Source of the DNA: Marsupella aquatica
Taxonomy: Eukaryota; Plantae; Marchantiophyta
Reading direction: 5' to 3'
Length of the DNA: 64,000 nt
Assembly: GCA_973895155.1 (NCBI GenBank)
Contig: OZ316893.1
Coordinates: forward strand, 12,850,359-12,914,358
Shown: positions 25,901-38,403 of the stretch, piece by piece
Position numbering within the stretch: position 1 is the stretch's first letter
Layout of the letters: each line of letters starts with the position of its first letter
Translations under genes and position numbers: made by a program
Notes under the pieces: generated by a model
Told to the model about the DNA's origin: nothing
Database searches by the model: none
Seen by the model: only the letters and a program-made list of their open reading frames with translations

Positions 25901-28900
25901 CAACCGGCATTGACTCGCTTTGTCCAATTGACTGATCACCATAGCACCAGCAGTGCAGCACACAGCGATGACTACTGACGGATCACCACTAGCAACAGCA
26001 CACAACGATGACTTCTGTACGTAGAGATGAATGGAGTGTGGTCTGCTGAAGAATACGATTTTAACAATATATGGTGGTGGACAATAAGATACCATTTGTG
26101 GAGTCGTCCATCGCAGTAAGGCTACTCAAAGCTTCAAAGTTGTAGATATGGCTTTTGGCCATAAACAAATGGCATGACAATAGGGTTACTCAAAGCTTCA
26201 CTTGTAGCCATTGGTTTTGGCCATGAAAAAATCTCACAAGATTTATAAACCAGGAATAAAACAAAGTGCAATGAAACTAACAATGAAAGGAAAGAAAAAG
26301 TGGTCCACATAAGACAAACACCAAACCAGTAAAACTAAAAACAAATGCAAAACTAGAAAAGAACAAAATAAGCATCAGAATTTATAAATGAGGGAAAAGC
26401 AAAGTACAATGAAAAAGAGTGATGAAGAAAATATGATGAAGAAAAAGAGAAAAAGTGTCAAACATTACATGAGTGCAAACTCAATGACTAGTGTATGCAG
26501 TGGAATATGTGACAAAAGCTAATGGGTTACATCCCATGTCCTAACCAAATCAGCAAGTGGGACAGAAATGTAGTCTAGGGGGACTAGTGTCTGTGGGGGC
26601 AAAGTGGCACCCACTCTGAGGGCAAAGTGACACCCACTCTGAGGGAAAGGAAGAAGATAAAGAGAAAAGTGTCAAACATTACATGAATGCAAACTCAAGG
26701 ACTACAGGTAAGGTCTACATTGGAAAATGTGATAGAACAATGGACGTCCTAACTAACTTAGCAAGTGGATACTAATGTACTCTAGGTGGGCTAGCATGTG
26801 TGGAGGCATAGTGGCGCCCACTATGAGGGATACACAATAAATTGTGCAAGCTTGGGCACACTGTAAGGACATTGAAAGAGCTGACAAAAGTGCAAATGGC
26901 ATCAGAATGGGGCTACTCAAAGCTTCATAGTTATACTCATGGCTTTTGGCCAAAGCTTTCTCACATGGTTCTGTAAAAATTAATTTTTGTTTGTTTTGTA
27001 TGTACCATGATCAATTTTTATGGCAAAAATGAATTCACTTGATCATAAGTTTTTTTATGGTCTGGGACCTCCTAATTAGGGTTCACCAAATTTTGAGGTT
27101 TCAGACCCTCTTATATTGAACTAAGCTTAAGCCAATTAGTGAAATTTTGACTTGACCGTGTTGGCCTCGGGGGGTTGACTATCAAAAATCTTAGGAACCA
27201 TGTGCGATCCAAAATAAGTATTTTTGATAAAAATTAACTAAATTTTTAAAAAACATAAGAGGCAAAAGAAGGTATTATAACCTCATGTTTATAGAATGTT
27301 CTCTAATATATAATTTTTATAAAATAAAATAAATTATTAATGTTGAAAATGAAAAATATTTTTGGAATATTTTCTTTATAAAATAAATCTATTTATATTA
27401 GGTTAGGATTATAAGTGGTATCCCAAAATATACATTTAGTTAACCCCCAGGTGTTTACCCAAAAACTAAATAACTGTTTAAAATTTGATTCCACTTGACA
27501 AACGTTTATTTGGTGTTTGACTCACTCTTGTAGGGAAGGCATTTTTGACTTGCTAGAATGAACAACTTTCAATTATCGAAGTTGTCAAGTACATTCATGC
27601 TTCATTGGGTGTCTTTATGGGGCATTTATGGACAGAAATAACACACAAAGATTAAGTCATTAGTCCTTGTTTTCAAAAAATCTGTTTATAATGTGGAAAA
27701 CATTTTAAAAATCCAGTGGACCACTTCAAGGGCCACTTCAAGTCATATAAGACACACAGACTAAGTCATTTTTAAACAAGTGGTCCTTGTTTTCAAAAAA
27801 TTGGAAAACATTTAAAAATTGATTCAGTCGCCAAAGGAAATTCCCTGCAAATATTTCCTTTATCGATAGAAGGAAATTCCCTGCAAAGTCCAAAGGCCTA
27901 GGTACTGAGGTCATTGCCCTCTAAACCCTGGAAATGCTCTACATACATCCACTTCATTGACCCCTAAACCCTGGAGATGCTCTAAAGTCATCCACTTACT
28001 AAAATTGGAGCTGGAGATGGATTCTCAACGTCATAAGGACAGCTCACTTAACTCCAGTTTTTAGTCGAAATTGAGTTTATTCCATACGAAGGAGCTACTT
28101 GTGCTGTGCTGCTGACTTCGTCCGGCATGGCTGAATGTGTAAAAAGGATGTAATATTCCCTCATTAGTTTGCTTATTATAAGATTGCGATAATATGGAGT
28201 CAAAGTGGTGGAGAACTTGAGACTGCTCCCAACGTCAAAAGGACAGCTCACTAGTCCTCAGCTCCAGCTGTTTTCTGGTCAAATTTTAGTTGATTCCATA
28301 CGAAGGAGCTATCGTCGATGTGCTGCTGACTTGCTCAGGCATGTCGGTCATGTAACTGATGCCGGTTTTCATGATTGATAACCAATCCCGGTTTTGATGC
28401 ATTGATGATGATGATTGACCCACGCGTACAGGCTGCTGGCCTGCGAGAATCAGCAATTCGGCTAATCACATTTGAGAAGGCAAATCGCACTGATGTCAAC
28501 GAGGGTGAGATCACCCAAATACATACTGTACCCTCGCCCGATTGAATTGCGCAGTGTTGAATCACGAGATGCAATCCTTCTCCCTACTATTTTCGGTGTC
28601 ATAGATTCCAAGAGTAGATTGGCGACAAATAGAAAAGCTTAGAAATTATTCTACCCTTGTCCATTTATGCCGCATAAATCAAAACCTCGTAATCATGGCT
28701 TGGCAGCTAGGATGTTTCGAAACGGGGCACAACTGGCCACAACTGTCTCCCCGGTCAACATTGGTTGTTGCTCCCTCCTCTGGGCCCTCCCGTTGTCCCG
28801 TGCATGCTTCATTCTGTGTCATGGAATGTTATTCAACGCAATCTTTGGAGTCAAAAATTGTATACTCCATTGAGCACTATGGAAATCACCATGCTACGCA

Positions 28901-30082
28901 TAGTAAGCAGCACCAATGCCTTCGAGTTTTGGAAAATAGTTGCAAAGAATTTCAAGACCTGCTCGATTGGACGTGCAGTTTATTAATTAATGGAGGAACA
29001 TTCTTTTTCTGCGCTCGAGAACCGTGGGCGGATATGAGTGAGTGAGAACTCGGGCATGCAGGACTGGGGAGCCAATGTGCAAGAACTCTAGCTGCAGGTG
29101 GAACCGGCCCCGAGCCTCTCCAAAGTCCAAATCGTCTGCAGCTACTTACTAAACAGGTTTCACTCACATCCAAATACTACAACGTACTGCCGGTTAACAC
29201 CGAATTGTCTTAGGTCTCATCAGGGCGTCAGTATTTGTTTTAAATAGTTTGACAAGATATCTGATTATTTTGGTTACTAATGTCAACACCTTCCATGACT
29301 GTTGTTTCGCTCCATCCACTGCAGTGCGTGGCGGAGACCTCATAATTATCCACGAACAATATGTTGTAATTCGTCTGGTGGCTGAAACGACTGTCTACAA
29401 CTTGAATCGGGACTCGAATGTGCAAGTTGGAAAAATGTTATGACAGTACTGGACATTTGGCCAGTCGTAATCAGGCAATTCCACGGTGAGCCATTTCGAT
29501 CATATATCCAATTCCTTACGTCGTCTTGGTTGGCTCTCGAGTGCGTACCTTCTACTCTAACTTGACGGGTTTCCCAAATCATTACCGGTTGTTATGTTTC
29601 GTCTGGTCAGGGAAAACCCATAGATATCAAAAGTCAGAGTCCGAGAATGGGTCTTGTCGACACTGCTATTGTCAAAATAATGGCAACGATAGGATTTAAT
29701 ATGTCTGACACGGGGTACGGTCCACCAAGACCTGCGGACCTTCCGAAACTCATGATTATTATACCCTTGCGTTGAGTGTAGAAGGCCGTTTGCCGTTGAG
29801 AATGGCCGAGATTTGCATTTGAAAAGTACTTCACGAAAATGTCTGGTGGTTAGAACTGACATCGCATGGGTGCTCACTGTTAGGGTAAGTGCAGCTGCAT
29901 CGATCACTGGGGGACTCGCGATTGGAGACCAGTCTGGATACTATTCGGTTGTGATTGCCTGCTCCATATCTGGCACGTCACTGCTTGGTTGCAGAGGTCG
30001 AGCATCCATTATTGAAGCTCAATTCCGGACGTAGCAGTGTGGTACGCAGTCTCATTATTTTTAGGCCAGCATACACTGTACA

Positions 30083-32310
30083 ATGGTTCTTCTGGGCATG
30101 GCTACGAGGTATGTTCTCTCGGTGCTCTTCGCGATCCACCTGTTCGGTGGAGCAACCCTGAGGGTGGTTGCAGCCGATACCTTGAGCTTGTGTCAAGCTC
30201 TGGATCCGTCTCCTGAGCTGGAACCATTCGTCGATGAGCTCATTCAACCGCCTGAAATTGACATTTCGACCGGCTCACCGATCACTCTAGGGGCTTACAA
30301 GATAAAGCAGGTGCATAACCTGCAAATCCCAACTACTTTAGCCAATTTGACGACTATGATGAGGATTCAAAGGCTTTAGATGAAATATGAACTTCGCTTT
30401 TGGGGTTTTTTGGTAAGGCTGTCATTGGGTTCACTTGTATTTAGGTAGTTACTCTGGAGAGTATTAATTTCTGAGTGCTGGCCATTGAAGTGAAGAAGCA
30501 TGCAACGTTCTTGACTCAAGCTTAGTTGTTGAGGAAGCTGCTACTGTCAATTACGTACATACATACAACCTTGTTTTGAGCGCTCATGCTAAAACTTCAT
30601 TACATAGTCCATGACTTATGGACTTCTCAATTCCTCTCACGTTCATAGGGAAGAGAACTTCTTGTGGTTAAGTACTGTAAAATTCTCGGAATCGAGCGCA
30701 GGTATGGCATGCAGTGCCTGGTAAGTTCTTGTCTGGCTCGATCATATACTGATTTCAATCGGTTGAATGTACGAGTGTGTGCGCAGAAGCTGCATAGAGA
30801 TCTACCGGAGACAACACTATACGCTTACGGGTCGAGCCAGGAGGTAGCATCATCTCCTGGTCCGACTCTGATCGCCACCAGGGGAATTCCATCGCATGTC
30901 CGATGGGAGAATCACATGCACGATATGTACCATATACTGCCGGTCGATGACACCATAGCCTGGGCCAAACCCAAAAATGGAGGAATCCCCCTAGTCACCC
31001 ACCTCCACGGCGGAGAAGTGCTGAGTGAATCAGACGGGAACCCTAATAGTTGGCACACTGCAAAGGGAGACGTGGGCTCGGACTACACGACCAACAACTA
31101 CACTTACGCCAATTCTCAGTCCCCGGCGATGATCTGGTACCACGACCACACGGTGGGCATCACTCGCCTCAACATGGTTGCCGGCCTGCATGGCTTGTAT
31201 CTCATCCGCAGTTCCGAAGAGCCCCGAAATCTTCCCAGTGGAGAATTCGAGAAATTGCTGGTGCTCCAAGATAAGTATTTTTTCCCGGACGGAAGCATCA
31301 ACTTCCCCAACGTTGGTATCTCGCCAAACATCCACCCCGCCTGGTGTCCGGAGTATTATGGCGACACAATTCTAGTGAACGGAAAGGCCTGGCCTTTCCT
31401 CAATGTGTACCCCACCAAGTACCGATTCCGATTGCTCAATGCTGCCAACGCCAGATTCTTCGTTCTCACTTTGAGCGGGGAGCCCAGGCTGTCGTTCATT
31501 CAACTAGGAACTGATCAAGGCTATCTCCACACTTACAGGACGAGGAAAAATTTCACACTGGGTCCAGCCGAGAGAGTGGACTTCGTCATCGACTTCTCCA
31601 AAGTGAAGCCTGGACGCTCCGTGGTCCTTCGCAATTCTGGGGCGGCTCCTTATCCGGAAGGAAACCCTGCATTCAGCCCTCCCAGTACGCAGGTAGTCAT
31701 GAAATTCAATGTCGTCGCTTCCCCAGAAAATGTGTCTCTCCCAGAGTTTAACATCCCGAAGACTCTCTCACCGAAAGTGAGGATCAGCACCGAGGGAGCC
31801 ATTCGAAAGACGATGACTCTCACCGAGAACGACGACGACGCAGGCAACCCTGTTAACTCGTATCTGAACGGATTCAAGTGGATGGACCCCGTGACAGACA
31901 TTTCGGTGCTGAACTCCACCGAGATTTGGGAAATTATCAATCTCACCCAGGACGCGCATCCCATGCACATTCATTTGGTTGCTTTCATCGTGAAGAGCCA
32001 CCAAGCATTTGACACCGAGAGCTACGAGGCCGGGAACTGCACGTTGGACAGAGAGTTTGGAGACCCCGAGAGTTGCTACACTGAGGAACCTCAAGGTCCA
32101 TTAGCGGATCATAAAGGATGGAAAGACACTGCTGTTGTGTATCCTGGGAAGGTTACGCAGTTCGTGGTTCGGTGGACCACCCAGAGCGCGGAGCCCTTCA
32201 GCTTTGATGCCACCAGTGGCCCTGGATACGTCTGGCACTGCCACATTCTAGATCACGAGGACAATGACATGATGCGGCCGTTGAAGGTGGTCAATGCCAT
32301 AGAAAATTAA
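30083..32310 (+). CDS. LPR1: Second LPR1/LPR2-like multicopper oxidase; exons 30083-30310 and 30787-32310
   Basis: Signal peptide and LEPFVDEL in exon 1. Phase-0 intron 30311-30786 (CAG|GTGC ... GCAG|AAG CTG) at the same position as in the first paralog. Motifs THLHG, WYHDH, HPMHIH and WHCHILDHEDNDMM. Confidence 0.93.
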
Positions 32311-32571
32311 GGACTGTACATAATTATAATGACCAGACTGCTCACGAGAGAGTTCCGTGATATCGGAATGATTCTCGCAAGAACTTCCGTCAATTTAGTG
32401 CGAATTCCAATGGATCAATTGCGGGACAGCACCAGATTTTCTCTAGTCTGTACCTCTGCTGCAGCAGTTGCGTCTTCATTGCACTGACGTACTTTCGTGC
32501 GAGCAAATCGCAAGCCTGTGCACATTCCAGGTCGTTGTAATCAATCTGTAATGTCCATTAGTTCAATAGAA

Positions 32572-35027
32572 CTAGCTCAATACCCGTGCGTTGCACAAAA
32601 GAAGTCGTGTCGGTCAAGAGGTCATTGAGAAAAAAAGATGTCGTGTCGGCCAAGAGGTCGTTGAGAAAAAAAGATGTCGTGTCGGCCAAGAGGTCGTGGA
32701 GAGAGAAGATGTCGTGTCGGCCAAGAGGCCATGGAGAGAAAAGATGTCGTGTCGGCCAAGAGATCATTGAGAGAAAAGATGTCGTGTCGGCCAAGAGGCG
32801 GTGGAGAGAAAAGATGCCATGTCGGCCAAGAGGTCGTGGAGAGAAAAGATGTTGTGTTGGCCAAGAGGTCGTTGAGAGAAACGGTGTTGTGTCGGCCAAG
32901 AGGTCATGAAGAGAAGATGTTGTGTCGGCCAAGAGGTCGTTGAGAGTAAAGATGTCGTGTCGCCCAAGAGGTCGTTGAGAGTAAAGATGTCGTGTCGCCC
33001 AAGAGGTCGTTGAGAGTAAAGATGTCGTGTCGCCCAAGAGGTTGTTGAGAGAAAAGAAGTGGTGTTGGCCAAGATGTCGTTGAGAAAAAAAGATGTCGTG
33101 TCGACCAAGGGGTCGTTGAAAGAAAAGATGTCATGTCGGCCAAGAGGTCGTGGAGAGAAAAGATGTCGTGTCGCCCAAGAGGTCGTTGAGAGAAAAAGAA
33201 GTTGTGTTGACCAAGATGTCGTGTCGGCCAAGAGGTCGTTGAAAGAAAAGATGTCGTGTCGGCCAAGAGGTCATGAAGAGAAAAGATGCCATGACGCTCA
33301 AAAGGTCATTGAGAGAAAAGTTGTTGAGAAAAAAAGATGTCATGTCGGCCAAGAGGTCGTTGAGAAAAAAGATGTCGTGTCGGCCAAGAAGTCATTGAGA
33401 AAAAGATGTCGTTAAGAAAACAATTGTCATGTCGGCCAAGATGTTGTTGAGAAAAAAACTGTCATGTCGGCAAAGACGTTGTTGAGGGAAAAGATGTTGT
33501 GTCGGCCAAGACACTCTTGAGGGAAAATACATGTGCGTTGCACAAAAGATGTCGTGTCGCCCAACATGTTGTTATGTGGAAAAAATCATGAAGTAAAGAT
33601 GTCGTTACAAAAAAAGAAGTCATTTTGCCAAAGATGTCATTATATGAAATATGTTATCAAGAAAAAAGGTGTCGTTTCACCCAAGCTATCGTGATGTGAA
33701 AGATGTTATGACATAAAAAGTCAAGGAGAGAAGGAGCGAGTCTTTTTCTTTGTTGTTCTTTTTTACCCAAAATACCCCTTCATTTGAATGATGACCACTT
33801 TATAAATTGGTGCAACATTATATTGTCGGTTTCAGATTTAGGTTTTAGCAAAGATGACCATTCTGTCGGTATCCTTTCAATCCTCGTGCGTTGCATAAAA
33901 GATGTTGTTTGGTTAAAGATGTTGTTGAAAAATAGATTGTGGTGCAAAATATATCGTTGAAATAAAAAATGTTAAATATATTATTGCACAAAAACTTTTG
34001 TTGAGTGAAGATATCATTGTGCAAAATAGTGGCTATGGCAGCCACAAAAGTTCCCTTTTCTTTTTCTCTTTTTTCTCCTTGCACAAAAAAATTCTTGAAT
34101 AAAAGATGTCATTGCACAAAAGACTGGCTATGACAACCACAAAAGTATAACAAAATGAGAGGTGTTTTTTTCCTTTTTTTCCTTTTTTTCTCTCTAATAT
34201 TCCTTTCAAACCTTAACCTCCCCCTTTTCCCCATTTTCCTATTTTTGGTCTTCTCTTTTTCACATTCCCCATCACTCCACTCGTTCGCCGCCCCCCCCCC
34301 CCCCCATGTGAGATAGAGGGGCTACTCTACATTGCAAGTGTGCCCCTCGCCTTGCCATCAACCCCCATGCCATGCGCTTCACTATGTCTTTGGGCTTATT
34401 TATTTATTTTTTTGGCATTAAAAATGACACTGCAATGACTGTAAAAATCACCACAAATATTGGGAGAATAGTTTTTTTGTTGATCTAGTGACTAAAATGT
34501 TATTAGCAATTAAACTACTCTCACCAATATTACACAAAATTATGATGCACACAATATTGAATATGTACAATGAATCACAAAATTATGATGCACACAATAT
34601 TGAATATGTACAATGAATATATACAATACAAACTTGCATATGAGTATGACTATACAATACTTACTTGTATACCTTGTTGAGGCCCTTCCTAGCCTTAATT
34701 GGTTTTGAAAGGTCCCAGCAGCCCTTGGCAAAAACCTTAGCTGCTGTGCCTAGTTTGAATTTGGCGGCATATGTTTTGGCCAATGACGTGCATTGATGTA
34801 TCCTCCTTGATCCTCGTGCATTGATCCGTGTGCATGTTAAAGTCTTTCACTTTTTTTTGTGTATGGTGTGATTGTCTTGGACACTGGTACAACTTTTTGT
34901 GACTCACACTAAATTCAATTCAAAGCTTTATTGCTTACCTTTGACCAATTTTTTTAATTTTTGTGCCCTGCAAATTTGAATGACGACCACTCTAAAAAGT
35001 GGCGCAACTGTGTATTATAGTTCTTGA
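32572..35027 (-). mobile_element. Non-autonomous Helitron, probably compound (two units)
   Basis: Minus-strand 3' end reads GTGCAACGCACGGGTATTGAG-CTAG|T (hairpin plus CTAG, 32572-32600). 5' end reads A|TCAAGAACTATAATAC at 35027, giving an A|T insertion site. A second 5'-like end lies at ~33836 and a second hairpin at ~33885. Confidence 0.6.
32597..33700. repeat. 35-bp minisatellite (~25-30 degenerate copies)
   Basis: Unit TGAGAG(T/A)AAAGATGTCGTGTCG(G/C)CCAAGAGGTCGT, e.g. 32941-32975 and 32976-33010; it decays to the right. Confidence 0.92.
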
Positions 35028-35984
35028 TAGCTGACATTCCCTGTTCAGAGAAGTAAATTAATAATCGCTCAAAGAGCATTCTCAAGCACTTTCACGTTTT
35101 GATCCTTCTGGGTCGTCGATTATCACTGTATATGTAATGGTTGACATTGACTTTAGTTGCCTGGAAAGCAATTTTTATATTGGTCGATTTGATGCTCCTA
35201 TATGACCTCTCAATAGTTTGTCTTATTCATACTTTATGCTGTGCATTTTTTATTTTTCAGTGTGCCTCCTTTGTGTTATTTAGATTTTGAAGTTATTTTG
35301 GCATCCCGCTTCATGTTATTCATCTTAGTTTGCCATCCTCGAGCTCTTGTTTCCCACTAATTTTAGATTGAAATATTGTGCGTACAATCCCTTTAGCAAG
35401 CTCTTCTTTCACGCTAATTTCAGATTTCAATATTGTGCGTACAATCCTTTTCTCAAATCTCAAGAAATTATATCACTTGAAGCTGATATTATCTCTTCTC
35501 ATGAGTGAGAGAAAAGTATCAAATTCTAAATCATTGCAGACACCTCGTGTTTTAGTTATCCTCGGTGGTTTTGTTTTCTAGGTGATTGATTTAATGCCAT
35601 TACCTAAGGTGTGAGATCTGTAGGTTAATTAAGTGCACAAGGCAAGCCAGTATATGTACTTTATGTGCAATACTTACTTTATGTGCACAACTATTCAACA
35701 CCTTTGTACCATAGATTTGTACTTTTCCTGGTCATTTTATTTAAAAAATACTTCCCTTGCCTCGCTGTACTTTATACTCTTGCATTCTATCCCAATCTTA
35801 ACAAATACTATGCAACAGTCAAAAAGAAATTTGATTAGTTGCACATCACTACTAGAGAAAGAAATGTAATATGTTGTGTTATGAGCATGCTTTACTGTTA
35901 TTTGTCGATGCAAACGTAGTACATGAAGACCAGGCAACCCTAATAGTTTGTTACTTTCTAAATGGCCAGTTTTTTTGTTTTGTT

Positions 35985-36125
35985 CTTTTGTTTTAAAATA
36001 AAAATTTTAAGTGAATTCTGTGAAACCCCACAGAAAGAGAAGAGCCAGTCACAACAGTTGAATCTAAGATCTACAGTCTCTAATCAACAAGTGAGCTACC
36101 ACAAAGTCATGCCTCCATGGGCAAA
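35985..36125 (-). mobile_element. Dispersed SINE-like repeat, copy 2
   Basis: Similar to 10278-10382, with an A-rich tail on the minus strand (TTTTTTGTTTTGTTCTTTTG on plus). Confidence 0.4.
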
Positions 36126-36480
36126 TGACCAGTTCTTATGTTTACTTCAAACATATCAAGTGCAAACTAAGGGAACTTCATGCTAATTTCCGGTTTCAAT
36201 ATTCAAATACAAAAATCAAAAACATTTATTGATTTAGCTGTTTTGGGACTACTTCAATTAAATAATCCGTCCAAAGTTGAAACTTTTTGTTCAGACTGTT
36301 TTCATTCACTTCTTGGGAATGTGATGCTAAAGTTTTTTGTTCCCTTTGGACTCACCATCAAAATTCCTCAACGCTCTTTGGTTTTGGCTTGCTGCCCACA
36401 GCATTGCGTGGAGGTACAAAACTCTAGATGGACTAGACATCAAACTTGATAGACCTTACACTTCTTTAAAACCCACCTAC

Positions 36481-36505
36481 ATCACCCTATTCATTAAAAC
36501 TGGAA
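36481..36505 (+). repeat. Left terminal inverted repeat
   Basis: Inverted match to 48970-48994; preceded by CTAC. Confidence 0.85.
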
Positions 36506-37281
36506 TTTCTCTAGTCCAGAAGTTGACCTTCAAATTTCTTATTTTACCCCCAAAAGTTCTATAACTTGTTCCCCAAAAGCATATATTTTAGTGGCCAAAT
36601 ATACACTTTTTGAGGTCTAAAATTACAATTCTAATGCCCAAATTATTAATTAAATATTTCAGTTATCAATTATTAATACTTATTAATTAAAAGACAATAA
36701 AGTGTTCTTATTATATACAATATAAACAATGAAAAAATAGAATAAGACAATATAATAAATTCAAATGACCCGTGATAACCAAGTTACACAAACAGGGAAG
36801 GTAAACCAGTGATGTATTATAAAAGTAAAACACCTATTTTTACAGGGTCGAGACCACGTTTGCCCCAATGCAGGCTCTAGATGGTTTTGACCGGTTGTTG
36901 AATGTATATCAATTACTATGTAAAAATCTATGTCGATATTATCTCGACCCAAATGTAGGGTCCACATAATTTTGACCCGTTGTTGAATCTATATCTCTAG
37001 CTATTCCCTTTGTATAGGGTCGAGACCCAAATAACCTTTTTCTCTACAAGTAAAAGAGGATCAACAGCATCTAGACTCAATTGGATCTACAACTCACATT
37101 GTAACTGTCAGTGTAGGGTCGAGATAATCTAGACCCAAATCTCATGCTCCTCCACCCCGCAGAATTCATTTGAGCAAGTAAATCTAGACCCTGATTGGTC
37201 ATATTTCATATCACAATTGCAGAAATCGAGAGGCTTCCTATTCCAGAACTTCGTGGTGAGGTCCCTACACCTCAAGACTTC

Positions 37282-38403
37282 CTAAACAAATCCCCGATGA
37301 TTGTCTCTGTAGGGTCCTGTGTACTGATATCCAATTAACGTCTTTGCAAGGTCGTTGATCGCCTCCTCCGTCAATTCCTTCATTGGTGGTAATTGTTGCA
37401 CTTCATTCTTGACATCCCAAGGAATTTTGTCCGCTATGACATCCAAGACTGTATGGATAACCGAATGAACCCATACCATACTACCCCACCGCTCCGTCAA
37501 CAACGCATAAATGGCAGCCTGTTGATCTCTGTCCGCTAAAACATTTATCATAGACCACTTTGGATGATTGATAAAAAGGTAGTGCTGAAGATTGAAGGCA
37601 TGATACAATTTCCTGAGCATAGGCCATAGTATTTCTGGAAAGAATGTATCATCCGTGGAGTGATGCGAAAATGAGGAAGGAAACAACCCACAATTCTCTG
37701 GATTCGCAAATGCCTTCATTGGAGTGTCATCAAGAAGGAGTGTATTAGTTTCGTCGTATAATCCACCATAACGTTTCCAAACCACCCTCAAATCCTTCAA
37801 ATGAATATTTGCCTTCCCATCAGTAATGTCAGGCCTTTGGATTCCAGTATCGAATGTATCTTCTTGTGTGAGAATAAACTTGAATTGCTCTCGCTCTTCT
37901 TGACTGAAGATCAAATGAATCATTTCATCTGTCCTGGGTTTCCTTACACAAGTCCAAATGGCAACATCAAATAACGAAAAAGCTGCGATTAAGAACTCGT
38001 GAAGATGGGGTCGCTCAACATACATAAAGTTAAACCCTCCACGTCTCCCCCAGTGGACACCCTTGACACTTGTTGCACTACGGCGCGGTCTGGAACTTGT
38101 CGTTTTGACAGAATCCCAACACATTTTGTTGAGGTCAAGAATCAATAGCTTCCGTCTGATCGGACCGTGAAGTGGAGGCAAGGGTCCTACAAACAAGGAA
38201 CACCAATGTTAGAATTGTGGAAGATAAAACAAAGGAATGCTCGAGACGAACTCGAGCATCACAAGTGAATGAACAACAGTCAACGTCATACCTATTGTTG
38301 GTTGAAGGTTAGTAGTTGAAGAAATCTCAGGACATCTTTGGAGATTATTGTCGACGCACTCCACAACTGGTAAGGGCCCGCCTATTTCTGTGAAGGTAGA
38401 CAT
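37282..38403 (-). CDS. FCP1/SCP (NIF)-like HAD phosphatase domain carried by the transposon; exons ~38403-38292 and 38186-37282; possibly pseudogenised
   Basis: Motifs KLLILDLN, VERPHLHEFL, FDVAIWT, LKDLRVVW and TNTLLLDDTPMKAFANPEN. Phase-1 intron 38291-38187 (ATAG|GTATGA ... TTTGTAG|GACCC) keeps the frame. The frame continues past the TAG at 37282 into a Cys-rich tail. Confidence 0.75.

Noticed and set aside
27915-27995. CTAAACCCT as interstitial telomere repeats (also near 60657)
   Set aside because: Only one or two units, part of a short local duplication; too short to call.
30664-30786. N-terminal extension of the 548-aa ORF
   Set aside because: It lies in the intron; the exon starts at 30787 after GCAG, matching the paralog's structure.
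32597-33700. 35-bp repeats as a CRISPR array, and the overlapping repetitive ORFs as genes
   Set aside because: Units are head-to-tail with no unique spacers and no cas genes; the ORFs are translations of the minisatellite.
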